The position numbers and the translations under genes were made by a program. The notes beneath the pieces were generated by a model. The model was not told the DNA's origin and did not search any database. It saw only the letters and a program-made list of their open reading frames with translations. DNA of 62,011 bases, the filler included, from Sphacelaria rigidula (taxonomy: Eukaryota): the NCBI GenBank assembly GCA_964200075.2. It is 4 parts of 4 records of this genome, joined end to end, with 100 filler letters (N's around TTAATTAATTAA, not from the genome) between each part and the next. Parts side by side here need not be neighbours in the genome. Positions count along the whole stretch, not along the records: positions 15,529 to 30,956 come from CAXNAA020001749.1; positions 31,057 to 46,484 come from CAXNAA020001750.1; 2 more parts are not named here. One strand, given 5' to 3'. Each line of letters opens with the position of its first letter. Position 1 is the stretch's first letter. Positions 24,299 to 37,719 of this stretch are shown one piece after another.

Positions 24299-27200
24299 AT
24301 GACCTCCACGGCAGCGCAAACTCCTGCCTCTGTTGCACGGAAGCGCCCTATTCCTCACCATGCCGCACCATCTTCCAGCTACAACAACGGACAGTTACCA
24401 TCGCCATCCCCATCTCCTCAGTCCATTCCGCCTTGTTTCGGTCCGCGGGCTCCGGACATGATTGTGACGCCTCGTCGAGGAGAGCCGGATTCAGGTGTAA
24501 AGGTGCGAAAGCCGCACACGGGAATGACCATCAGACTTACACCAGAGCTACTTGCGCGTCTCCAAAAGCCTGGGCCGAAACCAAGCATGGAATTGATCCT
24601 CAAAAGCGCAGCCGAAGGTCGGTTGGTAAATAGTTTTGGTACCACGGGGTTAGAGGCCATGAGGGGTGAGATTGTAGCGCCGTGAGCCGGTCGTCCAGAC
24701 ATGGGTTTGATTCTCATGGGTTCTACTCGTACACAGCGTTGGCAACACGAGCAGGGTGGATTGATATTCCAATGTTGCATGGTATAGCAGCTTGTGCGGT
24801 GACTGCTGAAGAATGAGAAATCACTGCTGGGCCAAACATGGCTGTGGCGGTGTATCAGATCGTTGATATATCCCACTTCCTTTTGTTGCTACGAGCAGTT
24901 CTGTTTAGCATGTCTATGATTCAGTCGAAAACAGGCGCCGACCTGCTCGTACATGTAGCGCAATGCATGCCTCCCTTCGTTTAGTGGGCAGAAAAATCTT
25001 GAGATGACAAATACGAAATACGCATATGCGTCATTTGCCTGTAATCACGTTTTTGCCTGTAACCAGGAGGGCCAGTTCTCATGGTCGATGACGTCAAGTA
25101 CAACACGAACGCCCATCAGATGGCGATAGGCTCCGAGGTTCATATGGTGGCACGGACGGAGTTGGCGAGCAATAGTGACGAGGCAGCGGCATCAGGGCCT
25201 ACGCCACATGCGAAGCCAGTTCCTTCCCGTACCATCATGTCGATGTTTGCTTCTTTGCACCGGAAGCTTATCGTGCAGCAGGTGCGAAATGGTGTTTGGG
25301 CATGTGCGCGAGAGAGTACGCAGGGCAAAAAGTTACATTAAACCTGGCGGTTGTGTTTCTGTATACTTGAGCACGACGAGTAGAGGGGGTAAAAGGCATC
25401 GTTACCATAGGATAAGTGCTGCGATCAGAGCCGTCACTCAACGACTGCACGAGACGTATTGCATACGGACGGGGGATATCAGTGGACGAAGCGATTATTC
25501 CGTCAACCTCACCAGAGGATGTCGAAGAAGCGGAGGTTGATGTACGAGTGGCTTCACCGAAATACTAATGCATGGTTGGCTTCATTGACAAGGATCAAGA
25601 CTCTCCGACCGAAGTCGACTCAAGAGGCTACATCCCATCAAATCAGCCGTGAAGCGGTGACGGCGGAGTCACCAACTCGAACAAGAAACGGTCGAAGTTG
25701 CGGGGAAATATAAAAAATGACATGGGATATTCTGAAGTTATTCTTGCAGCTCGCTCGTTCCTTGCTCACCTAACTGGGCAGGTGTTGACGGCAGCCAAAC
25801 GGGCCGAGATGAGGGCACGGACAGAGGGCAGTGCGCAGGCCATCAAGGAGGCGAAGAAAACAAACATGCTCATTATCGCGGATAAGGACGAAATGCTTGC
25901 CGCTGCGGAGGCGATCCCCGTGAGGTAGGCGATACATGCGGCATAAACCCACCCGCGGACCTCCAAACGTTGTTGTACCAGCCTTCGTCATTCCTTTTGT
26001 CCACAGAGGGAAGGGTGCAATTTCATAGTCAGGAGAACACCCAGGGAAACAGTCAACGAACTGAGATATTAATGTTTGGGGCGTAAACTTGAGGGCGTGG
26101 AAGCGTAGCGCGTTGACTAGGGCCCCGTCGGATTTTTGATGAGATCGTGAGAGCATACTCTGTACTGCAAGCACGCGCCGAGCTCAGCAAGCAAAGCAAG
26201 ATCTGCATATGACCAAAACAGTCGTACCAACAACTAGCACGTATATTTACACAAATACTATGATTGACGTACAAATACCGTCCAACCTCGAAATAATACG
26301 CTCGATCCCCCCCCTAATAGTCGGACTTCCACAGCGTCTTCTTAGTAAAGGGCATACCCCAGAAGAAAATGCGTAGCACCTCAGGCGATGCTTACTTTCA
26401 AAGTCAGGTATACTTCAGCTTACAATTGGTCGGTCTACGCGGACACCTGGAAGCTTTCCGCCACCAGAACACATCAATAGTACATGATCAGTCTTCGATA
26501 CCCTTCGGTTACCATCCCCCCCCTGCTGAACATCGAAGACAATCCCAGCTGCCAGGACCCGCACAAGATTCTGGAGCTGGCGGCGGGCAGCAGCGTAGCG
26601 ACAAGAAACGACCACGACCGTCATCGGCAACATCGACAGACGGAGCAGAAGGAGGGGGTAGCTTGGCGGATGGGTCTTGTTTGCGAGACCCCCTTACGGC
26701 GTGGTTTTATGACTGCTACAACCACGACGACTACCGCGGACACGTGTCCGACCTGCACAAGTTTCTGGCCGGGATCGACGTCAGTCATGTATGTCGGTGT
26801 GCCCCTCGCCCGTTTTGCAGTTACTTTTTTCGCTCTTTGCTGCGGTTAAGGGTATCCCAACAAAATCGTTTTTGTGTCACCGCCGTTGATTTCGGTGCTG
26901 AGGCCGGATGTTATGGCACATATATTTTCGGCCCACGAATGGTTCACTCTTGGGACGTTTGAATCATTCTTGACCCCCAAACAGGGAAAATCGCCAGCAA
27001 TCGTCTCGGACACTCTGCATCATCCCACAGGGAGGAGCCTAGCCAACTTTTTAGATTCGCTTGGCTCCCAAGGTTTCGAGAGTGGCCGCTGAACGATAAT
27101 CCGTGTGCAATACAATCTACAGTGATCTCCACAGATTATTGGGCATACTGGCGGGGGTCGGCAAGCACATATTATTGCACACGAATTATTGTTCAGCGGC

Positions 27201-28828
27201 CAATCTCGAAACCTCGGAGCCAAGCGAATCTGAAAAGTAGGCCAGGCTCCTCTCTGTGAGGTGAGGCAAAGTGTCTGAGACGTGGGTTGGCGATTTTCCC
27301 TGTTTGGGTGTCAACAATGAACAATCCGTGCGCCAAAAATCTGTTTGCCATAACATCCCGCCTGATTTGGACAAACGGACCGGTGATGTCAACACGATGG
27401 TCCGTTATTCAGTTATGGTGGTTGCCTTCGGTAGAGGGTCTCCGTCGAGGTTCGTCCTGCAGTGTGTATCCGTTAGCGCCTTAGCCCCCCCCCCCCTGTC
27501 TTACCGAAAACAAAAATATGAGAATAAGATTGGTAAGGGTGATGATGATAATGACGAACAGGCCACGTGTGCCTCGAGTGATGGCAAAGCATTTTTTTTA
27601 CGTTCCCTTTCGTATTTTTCATCGGGTTGTTTCTCCATTCTCACGAAAATTAAATATAAAAAAATGAAAAAAAATGACGAGGAATAAAAATGAGAATGCA
27701 AGAGGGAACGTAATCTGATTTGCCTCACGTCGACTGTTCGTCATCATCATCGCTATATTCACAATCGCATCATCATATTTTTGTTTGTGCAGGGCCTTGC
27801 CCCTCTGAATCACCACAGATTGACGAAAACGACCCCCCATGGTACTTCCAGTTTTCCTTGTCCAGGTTGAATCGATGTCAGCCACATCAAGTGTATAATA
27901 CCGCGTCATGCAGGTACTGTCACTGCTGAGTGTGGAAAGTCGTCCTTGTAGGACTACTCTCCTATCCCCATGTCATGGCTAGTGAAAGGTCATGCCTGCT
28001 ACCTCCACAGAATGGTCCATCCGTTGAGTAGGTTTGATTACCACGTTTCATATTTTTTCGGTCACAAATTGATATCTGCTGTCAAGGCGATGAATGGAGT
28101 CAACCGGTGGTTGAGGAGTTACTGCGCTATCTCTGTTGTATGTGTATGTGTGTGTAAAAGTTCTTGTAGTTTTGTGTGAAGGGAATGACTGATTGCGCTG
28201 CAGACCCGCACCTCGATCACCACAACCATATTTTTCTACCGACCTCGTGCAATCGAGGCCTTTCGCCACCACCTTGACGATATATATTTTTTCGTGATTC
28301 AGCAACACCTGTCTCTCGTCTCGCTGGTGCCCAGGCGTGTATTTCAACGAAAGTTATGAGACAAGCGCACGACGTAAACACATTTATCTATCTATCTATC
28401 TATTATGCGCCCGACGTTATTGTCACGCATGTTGCTCATATGGTCCGTGCACCCTCGCTTCTTTCTAATTCTCTCAGCTTGGCTTTGTTCTGGGTTTTAA
28501 CCAATGATGTACGCGATCGTTGCCCATGTCAACGCTTGATGCAGCGACAACCCACATGATTTTTCACTGTCCTCCTTGACAAACTTTCTGTGACAGGTAG
28601 TCGGTAGCCCCGCGTAGAACCGCACTATCACACCTTGATAATCTCCACGTTCTCTCTTTTTGTCTTTTTTTTTTTTCTCTCTATCTCTCTTTCTCTCTTT
28701 CTCTCTCGCTCTCTCTCTCTTTCCTCACGTACGTTCGGCTTGTTTCGTGTCGTCGCACAGGTGATGTTTCGGTATCACGTCAAGCCCGACGGGACGCTCG
28801 ATCCGGATCGACGACGATTCTGCGTCAA
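24299..28828 (+). CDS. ELL-like (RNA Pol II elongation factor / occludin-ELL family) N-terminal domain protein, 3'-incomplete
   Basis: Exons 24299-24617, 25067-25281, 25782-25924, 26539-26788 and 28761-28828 splice in frame (GT-AG). GMTIRLTPELLARLQK...LMVDDVKY...LHRKLIVQQVLTAAKRAEMRARTE...MLIIAD resembles the plant/protist ELL N-domain pattern (IRL.P.L...RKL.VQR.L). The start codon is uncertain because the frame is open from 24140. Confidence 0.7.
26902..27362. mobile_element. PIF/Harbinger (Tourist-like) MITE, copy 2, intronic
   Basis: TGA|GGCCGGATGTTATGGCA...TGCCATAACATCCCGCC|TGA gives a 3-bp TGA target-site duplication. Colinear with 1627-2107. Confidence 0.88.
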
Positions 28829-28938
28829 GTGAGTCATCGACAAATCCCGTGTTTTTTTCCTTCAAATCTCTGGTAACCATGGCACTCATGTGGGAGTATG
28901 CTCTCATCCCTGACGTTCGAATGTGCAGGGGGGAAGGT

Positions 28939-29212
28939 GTACTCATGATCTTGGATGCCGTACTGTAGTCATATATGACCATCGACCTCGCATCCCTACA
29001 AAGCCGGGACGGAGCACGCGCCGCGTTTTCGCCGGACCAGGCTCGCACTCAATCGCCAGGCGCGAGGCGCCGTTGTGTGTTCGGGGAGTCGCATGAAGGG
29101 TGAGCTGCATCCTCCTGCCAAGGTTGTTCGGCCCGAGGCCTACTGATTATCTTGCATTTGGACGACAGCCTACAATGAGTTCCTTTATTATGTAGTATCG
29201 CCACTTCCAGAG
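28939..29212. mobile_element. Dispersed repeat family X, extended copy
   Basis: Colinear with 17271-17533. Confidence 0.8.
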
Positions 29213-30219
29213 CTCGAACAGGGTCGCTTTTCCATCACCGATGTATGGTGCTCTAGGAGTCTTTCGGCGAGTGCCTATCACAAAAAAAGTCGCAACTCCC
29301 CCACCCCCTTGTAGGACACGGGGTATGGGTACTGCACGAGACGAGTGGAATGAATCAGGGTCATGATCCAAATGACAGTCTCGCCGGCGAGGGGTTTGAT
29401 GAATGCACGATAAATAAGCTATTGTCAGGGGCCATTGTTACATGTCCACGTGCAAAATATTGTGAAAACGAAAGCTGGCTATACATTTCACTAAAAACGG
29501 CAGTAGATGAAGCTATCAAGACCAACCGATACATTACTCTGTCGTTGTCATGTACAGATATAAAACAATGTGACTGCAGCGAGCATCCTTCTCCCTCGAC
29601 CGTATAGAGTAGCATATCCAGTATAGACGATCAAGCAGCGGGGGCGGTTCTAAGTTCAACGGGTTGTACATTTGTTTTACGGCAAAACAGCAGCAAGATC
29701 TTTAGATATGTAGCACGCACAGAGTTCATGCTTTTCACCTCCGAAGAATGGCAAAGGAGTGAAGGAGCATCAACAAAAAGTAGGTAGCGTGGGTGGGTCT
29801 GGGTCACAGAAGATTTTGATGGCACGTCCGAAGTAAGAGGTTTGGAAATGAAAACCTGTACAGGAAGAATATTTTGAGATTCACAAACAATGGTTTCGGA
29901 CGCAGGACCTGCTACATCCAAAGACTTCGAGCTATCAAACCGTTCACAAGGGACTCGCCTCCATATGGATGTTTGAGTTGACGCTGCTAGTTATAATAGT
30001 TGTCTTGATCCATACGGAATCTTCTTTTCATGAAGTTCTTGAAAATAAAAAGCTATAAAATTTGCAAATTTCGGGGGTGAAAAAAAAAGAGTTGGTTGTA
30101 CTATTAAAAATTACCAGGTACTGTTTACATGTGTTCATTACATTCGTGAAGTTTTGTTCCAGTTCGGAGGCATTTTATCCATAATCGATACTACTTGATA
30201 CGGAGGCATTTTATCCTTG

Positions 30220-30627
30220 AGGGTCAACACCAAGATTCAAATCTTCGGTGGGGGGGTGACAACTTGGAGTGTGCCTTGCGTTCCCGGAAGAGTGATGCTA
30301 CGGTAGGGGTGCACAAATATTTTCTGAGGTTGGAGTTGTTGGCAGCCCTTCATCTACTCCAAAATACGACTTATGAAATATGTGACGGTGCACCAGGATT
30401 ACTATTCCGATGTGCTAGGGACGTATCCCGAATGATTTTGCAAACGGGGACGCCCTGACCCATACTCTTGTGCATCTAGAATCGTCAGGAGCCCCTGAAC
30501 CGGACAAGATTTTGCGCAAAAAGTGCACCCCTATCGTAGCATTGCTCAGAACGTTTTTTTTTGTTCAAATCGGTGCCTCCAGGCGCCGATACAAGGTCTA
30601 CCAACGCACACCTTGGTTATGATACTC
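30220..30627. mobile_element. Diverged inverted-repeat MITE-like element
   Basis: gagtgatgctacggtaggggtgcac (~30290-30314) vs gtgcacccctatcgtagcattgctc (~30523-30547); possible termini gagggtcaacaccaag / cttggttatgatactc. Confidence 0.5.
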
Positions 30628-30956
30628 TTTATGCCCCCTTGTCCGAGGGGTTCGTCAGTATGCCTTGGGTTGAGTTCAGGGAAAGGGCTGTGAGCGTTAT
30701 TCAATAAATGGGTCGATTATGGTTATAATGGCCCCGAGTAATTTGGACAAGCCCACTTCATTACATCCACTCTACATGAAACCAAGGCACGTATACTGCT
30801 CCTCGAGTAACATTACAGGAACGGACTTTTCCCGGAACGGGAGGTTTTTCGCGAAAACACCAAGACGGTCGAATCGTCCGAAAAGCCACTCACCACTCCC
30901 TCCCCTCCTCCCCACAACCCCGCCGTATACCCCCCCGCCCGGGTGCCGTTCCTATC

Positions 30957-31056
30957 NNNNNNNNNNNNNNNNNNNNNNNNNNNNNNNNNNNNNNNNNNNN
31001 TTAATTAATTAANNNNNNNNNNNNNNNNNNNNNNNNNNNNNNNNNNNNNNNNNNNN
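30957..31056. other. Artificial contig linker
   Basis: N44-TTAATTAATTAA-N44. Confidence 0.98.
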
Positions 31057-31835
31057 CCCTTTCGGGCAATGAGGCAGAAGAAATCGTGAATTTGGTGATT
31101 TTGAGTCGTGATGATTTGTCCTAACCGTGAACAATTTGAAATTTTGAAATTTTGAAATGGTCAGAGGTTGGTTGACATTCATCCTTCCGTGTCATATTCC
31201 AATCTGAGGTTCCTCCGCGTTGGCTGCTACGGCGCTGCCGCTTCTGCGGGAAAAGGAGGTGCACAGCAGCTAAGTTGGTACGTGTGTGTATGAAGAATAC
31301 GCATCAGTAGTTGTGGCATTTGATACTTGTTTCCCACAGCACGGCTCAAGCGTAGCAAAGTTAGACGTGCGCAGCACAAGAAATCATCGTCGTACCGTCC
31401 GTACTCTGGTACTCTACTCCTGCGCTATGGCGCAAGGCACGGAACCGCACTGTCTGTTGCCTTTTCCGTCTGTTCCGTACGCTGCTATACTGCACTGTCT
31501 GACAGCTTCACTGCACTGCTCTTCTGCTTTACGGCGAACCAGTATAATACTTGACTTGTCTCTATTGTTGTGTTTGGTGTCGGTGACGCTTCCCGCTATA
31601 TAGTAGGCGCCCCGGCGGTTTTTGTACAAACTCTGCTTCGGTTTACTGAGAGTGTTACATGAGGGCTGGTGGCAGGTAACTTGGAGGAAGGAATAGCTGC
31701 TCGGAACATGCACATCACTTGCGGCTCGGATTCGATTGACCGTACAATCCACGAACCTTCGCAAGTATCCAGCAGTTGTACACTCCCAACCACTATACTG
31801 TACCTCGTCTCCCGTACAACCATAGCTCCAGGAGC

Positions 31836-34574
31836 ATGTCTGCGGGGGTGGCGCGAACCCTAAAGGACGCAGCGAGACTGACGAGCGCCACGAAGTCTCT
31901 CATCCTGAGGTCCAGCGAAGATCTCAAGTGCAGGAACTTATTTTGCCCGAAGGTCGGGGAGGCCTGCGTGTGCCGATTGGCGTTGACGTTATCTCGGCTT
32001 CCTAGCCTACGAGAGCTCGACATCGCCGACAACGATCTGGGCGTGCTACCCGAGTCTGTCTTCGAGCTGCCCTCGCTGGAGCAACTGGATATTAGCGGTA
32101 AGCTTGTACATGGCAGAGTACATCGTTTTCAGAAATCATGGGTTTTGCTCGGATATCGTCTCCGCACGTGTACGAAGTAGGAACCAGATGTAATTCGTGT
32201 GCGCGGGTGTGCAATATACGTACGTGACGGAGTATAACACCCCCACCCCGAGTATATATACATTCGTCGAATGTTGAACATTTTAGCGTCGAGTTCCCCA
32301 GAGGGGTTACCTTGCGGTTCCCAAACATCCTGTTGTTGTTGGGTGAAATTTGGTGAGACCTTCGCGAGAACACCACTGCCGTCGCCGTACCCGTCGCGAT
32401 TTTGGAGATAATTGAGCTGCAAAATCGATCGCCGTCATAAGCACCACCACACACAACGCCGTGCGGTAGTACACGCAGCCAACAAGATGCGAAGCCAGAA
32501 GGATATCAAAATCGGCTTATGACGATCTTTTGTTTAAGCGGCTGAGATCGGGCTTCGACTACCCCGTGAGAAAGTGGAGTCCGTTCCCCTGTTGATAAAC
32601 TGCTGCCAACAAAAACCCGGGGTAATGCAACAGTCCGCCGAAATCAACAGGGGGGGATGTATCTTGTTGACTCGTCTCGTCGTGCGTGATGTTGATCGCA
32701 TGAGGTGAAGCCAATCTACCGCGGGGACGTCACCACTAAACGAGCTCAAAGTTTCAGCCTGCGGGCGGGCTCTGACTTGAGTACCACCTCGCCTCGGGCC
32801 TAGTTACGCGTCAATTCACCGAGGCGTCCGGTGCGTGATTTTCTGACCGCATGTACACGCCTACTGGACATCGGCAATGTCTATCCCCAGTCGTGGTGAA
32901 CCAGCTACAGTGGCCGTGTGCTTTAGCATCTTATGGTCCCGAGCCCTGTCCCATAGGTAAAAAATGAACCAAGCATGCATGCCGATATTATGTCCACCTC
33001 CAGAGATAATTCGGAGCATAACGACCAAGGGCGGACGATAGTTTACAGTATACCTGGAGGGTTTCTGGCCACGAAAAGGTACAGGCTTGACCCTTTCGGC
33101 TCCAGATCCCCTCGGGTGGAGCCCAGGTGAAACACCTGTACATACAAAGTCGGACCACGTTTTTCATATTCCATGCCTCGAGGCTTGTGAGGAAATATTA
33201 TTATTGTGAAAGAACAGGGTATATGTAGGAGCATCCCACCTTTGTTCAGGTGCCGCTGGTTCGCTCTTTCGTTCTTGCTGTCATGGCAGGTTTGGCGGAA
33301 ACATGGCGCACGGTGTAGGTGTACATTTGAAGAGTATTCCAGCAGTGTCGTAGGCCGTGGCGGCGGCTCTCGGTGCGGTGCTGCAACACCTCCACCACTT
33401 CGGTAGCCTCTATGCTTCGGCACGGCCGCTGCAGTTATTTTTACTTCGTCGGCCAAACGTGAGGCAGGCACAAACTGCGTCATATAGTCAACCGCGAGTA
33501 GCTACCTCTTGTATTTGTACTTGCACTGCACTGCACTACACTGCCCTGTGCTACTCATCAGCCCACAGGCCGACACACCGCGCTAAAATCTCTTTAGTTG
33601 GCACATGTATCGACGGTCTCGTGGCAACGCCTCGACTTCTCTCTACAGTGTACACGAGATCATGCACACAAGCCCACGGGTGCACTGTCTCTGGACAGCG
33701 AGCGCAGTTCAAAAGTGACGCTGGACTTACGTTTTTGAATCTTTTATTCGATTTCGAATCTGACGCCAAGGGTACAGGTACACCTGGCCCCACTTTACTA
33801 CCAAGTACAATGTCTGCCTGCGGTTATATTGGCTCTAGTACAATTGCCACACCGTCCATATACTCTGAATAGCACCCCCATTTCAAGTTTTTTTCCACGG
33901 GATTGTCATCAGCCGAAAAGTTATACTGGAACGAGGATTGGTGCTCAAAGGGCTGACCCTTTTCGCGCCCGACAGCCGTCTGTTTTTTTCACTCCTTCAT
34001 GTCTTGGCACGGGGTTCGGGTTTTTTTCAGAGTGACAACCAATGCTCATGTTGAAATGCCATTGCCACGCACATGTCGTGTGTCACAGGAGTCACTTGTG
34101 CACAATAAGACGGAACCGGCGGCGTTAACGTCTCACGATCTTATACAACACAGTACAGAAGCCGCAACATGGCCAACAGTAAGTAGTACACGCACGAGGT
34201 TAACATACACAATTGTTTGTTGCTGTACTCATGATCGTGGTGGCCCCAACCACATGTACCAGGGTCGGGATACCGTAATTATTTTTGGGATGTTGATGCA
34301 CGACGTACCCGGGTTCGGTACTGTACATACTGCCGTGGAGCCGAAAACTGATCACCTGAGGGGTGTTATCAACGGGGGGGCTATCTGTCGTACTGGTGAA
34401 GACACAACGCAATCTACGGTGACATGCCGTAGGCACCAACGACGAAAAGTCCAAGCGCCCGTGATCCCACGCCGCCGCTTCCTCTGATCTACCGAGGGAC
34501 AGTACGGTAACATGCTTCTTGCTAGTATAATCCACTATGACCGATCTAACCACAGTTCTGAACGACACGACTGA

Positions 34575-34642
<68 letters not shown>

Positions 34643-34959
34643 CGTGCGTCTGTCTGTCTGTCTGTTCCGCTGATTCCGTATGTTGCACGCCAATCCAACC
34701 TCTCGCAGGGAACCGCTTGAATGCTCTGCCGCCAGAGATCGGGGCGCTAAGAAGCCTCCGCAAACTACGGATGACGAACAATCTTGTAGAAGCTCTGCCG
34801 CTCGAGCTCGGCGCCCTCGATCTGTTGGAAGAGCTACATGTCGGTGGTAATAGTGCGCTGAAACAAGAGAACGTGATCGAGTTGCTTCGGCGGCGACCCG
34901 CGTTACGAATTATCGACGATCGGGGGGGGAGGGTGAACGGCGGGGGAGGGGTTAGCTAG
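31836..34959 (+). CDS. Small leucine-rich-repeat protein (~170 aa), two exons
   Basis: Exon 31836-32097 (ATG...LDIS-G|gtaag) joins exon 34709-34959 (cag|GNRLNALP...*). LRRs include LRELDIADNDLGVLP, LEQLDISGNRLNALP, LRKLRMTNNLVEALP and LEELHVGGN. Confidence 0.88.
34576..34635. repeat. (GT)n microsatellite in intron
   Basis: Direct reading of the sequence. Confidence 0.95.
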
Positions 34960-36157
34960 CAAAGTAATTTCGAAGGTCTGGAAGGTCGGGTACGAAGAGC
35001 TGAGCTGAGGTCACAGAATGCTAGTACCTGTTGAAAGGTGTTCAGTGTTTTATCAGTGAGGTGGGTATCAAAGACGGCACGACTGCGTGCTAGTCGTGAG
35101 TCTTCAGGTTGGGCTCCGCGATGTGGTTCAGCACCTACAAAAGTCGCCGGGCGAGGCGAATGCACAGGCTGCGGGGAATTCGTGCGTTGTTGGAGCCTTT
35201 TTCGGCGCTAGAGTGATGCTTAAAGTTCTATATATCGGTGAAGAGTCGTCCATGATTGGCAGTGTTACGAGCATGTAGCCCCTGGGCTCTCCTCGGGGCC
35301 GGTGGGACTGGTAAGCTGTTATTCTTCCATTCATGTATATAAAAGCAAGAGGTGCGCACATCTGAGTATCGCGTTTTGTCTTTCGCATGTTTTGAATAAA
35401 GTATACCACATGTGACTTCCGAGCAGAGTGTTTTTTCCAATGGCAATCGGAGAGGCGTTTCGTGTAGAACGACCCCCGCATTTTCAAGAAGTCAAAGTGA
35501 TGAAGAGGATTTTCGATTGAAAACGATGTTTCCAGGGTTTTTGTTGACCAAGACTCATCACGGCGACGGTTTGATCCCAAAATTTGATGATCGAAAAAAC
35601 ATAGTGTCCGACGGAATTTCGAACAGAGAAGTAGTACGAGCTGGGCCAGCAGTAAATCCCACATTCTCTCTGCACTACAACTTCTCGAGTTTCCCAAATC
35701 AGCGCGACTTGAGCACATCGTCGTGAACTACAAACCTGGTAACGTACGGCACCGCCGCTGCTTCATTGACGCAGTTTTGGCGATGATGTCATTGTACTGC
35801 ATTGAGTAACGGGTACCTCTCTTGCCATTGCGTGACAACGTGTCTGGAGACGTTTCGTTTCACAAAATGCGGTGGAATCAAAATAGACGGTTGCGCCGCA
35901 TAGGCACACGCACACCCGACATACCCAGGCAAGAGCACACTGGTCGTGCTGCAAGATGGCATCAAGCTCGTCATAAGCTCCATAATGGGAGAGAATTTCC
36001 GAGCCAAATGTCGTATATCACCGCACGAGGAAGAAGTACTACTTGAAGCTGCGCTATACCCACCCCAAAAGCAAGACCATCATCAAAACATCGAGACCCT
36101 TTGCAACCCAGAGGTACGAGAGATTATGCACGATTAGTGTGCACAAAAAAAGTTTTT

Positions 36158-36226
36158 GTCGTGTCGGGATTCGAACTCGTGACCTGTGTCAGTTGAGGCT
36201 GCTGTATCAGTATGACCACCGGGGTC
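36158..36226 (-). mobile_element. Degenerate tRNA-like SINE head
   Basis: The minus strand reads ccccggTGGTCATACTGatac...acgaGTTCGAATCCcg (B box), without a proper cloverleaf. Confidence 0.4.
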
Positions 36227-37719
36227 ACACAAAAAGTGCGACGCAAAGCCCAATATTACGTATTCTCGGCTGAAAATTGACAAGAAAGTGGTTGGCGCGA
36301 GTGCCCGTATGTGCCGCAACCTTGTCATCGTTTTCATCGAATTTTGAGGAAGTTATAGCATTTTTCCTGTTTTTGCTGAAAAATCCAACTCGATCTAACT
36401 TCCCTTTTTTTTTTTTCCCTCTGCACCCGTCACAGGCGGATTGATGATAGAAATGTCGTATCGAAATTTTAGCGTCTAGCTCTTCGAATTGCCAAAAGCA
36501 TGTCACTCTTCGTTAAAAAATCACTGATGGCCGGCCCAGCTCGTATTACGGTCAATTTTGAGCGATTTAGGGGCTAACCGGTCGTCGGGATCCTACGAGT
36601 ATACCGCTCCAGGTTCTAGCTCCGTGGTATTTTCGCTCGATCGAACCGATCTTAGCCGCTACGATGAACATATCATTTGACCCAGTGGCTTCAATTTTCA
36701 GCTCTTCATTGCGCTACGGCCAATGAGTGAGCATGTTCATGACATGGCATGTTTCCCTCCCCCAAAAAACGCCCTTCGACCCGATGTTGCCTCGAAAACA
36801 CAAAATTCGAGATCGTGGCTTATGAATGACCTGCTTCTTCCACCAACGCCTGCCGATTCTCGACCTTCGGAGTTAAGACGGATGGCGAATCGTCTGCGGG
36901 ATATCCAGAATCCAAACGGTAAATACTTCAGAACTGGCTGCCATTTCGACCTTTCGACCGTCTATGTCAAATATTACAATTTTTTGTCCGCTACGAGTCC
37001 TGCGAGTTTTGGAGGATGGTCTTCGTAGGCGTAGGTCGGAGCTACAGTAGGTAAAATAAGCGGTTAGCAAGAGATTCTAGGTGCTTGAACTTTTCGGCCA
37101 TAACGGCATAGCAACTTTGTGTCATCGTTTGGGGACGTCATTCTCAGTTTTTCCCTCCACGCATCATTCTGCTGTGTGCTGGAAACCCTCGCACATAGGC
37201 CATCACGTGTACTACTGGCCCCATTAGCGCCACTGCCATGGTTCTCCCGTGATGGTCAAAATGCTCCTGGTCGTGGCCTAGGGGTCTTTTCACCGGGCAT
37301 TTTTTTCAGACTTTTGGGGGTTTTCCGACAATACGGATTTCTTTTTCCGATTTCTCCGAAAAAAATGCTGGAAAAAACTCCGACAATGATTTTTCGGAGA
37401 AATCTGTAGTCAGTCTATACTGATCAGTATGCAGGCTGGCAACTGTTCATGTACGGTGATCCATCCTGACCGTCTGCAGTGCTGCTCATGTTTCGTGTTT
37501 CCACTCAGCAGCCTCTCGTAATCCGTTAGTTTCCAAACTACAGAATTTTCCAACATTTAATTTTCGTTGGTGTGCAGTATTGAGTGAAGGCGTAGGGTCG
37601 GTTGATCGATGGGAGGTACATGTCCAGGTCATGAGGTTGTCTTTGGATTGAACCTATATCTATACCTCCCCAAGGGATGACCTGTGCTCGTCCCTGCAGT
37701 CGGGTAAATCTACAACGGT

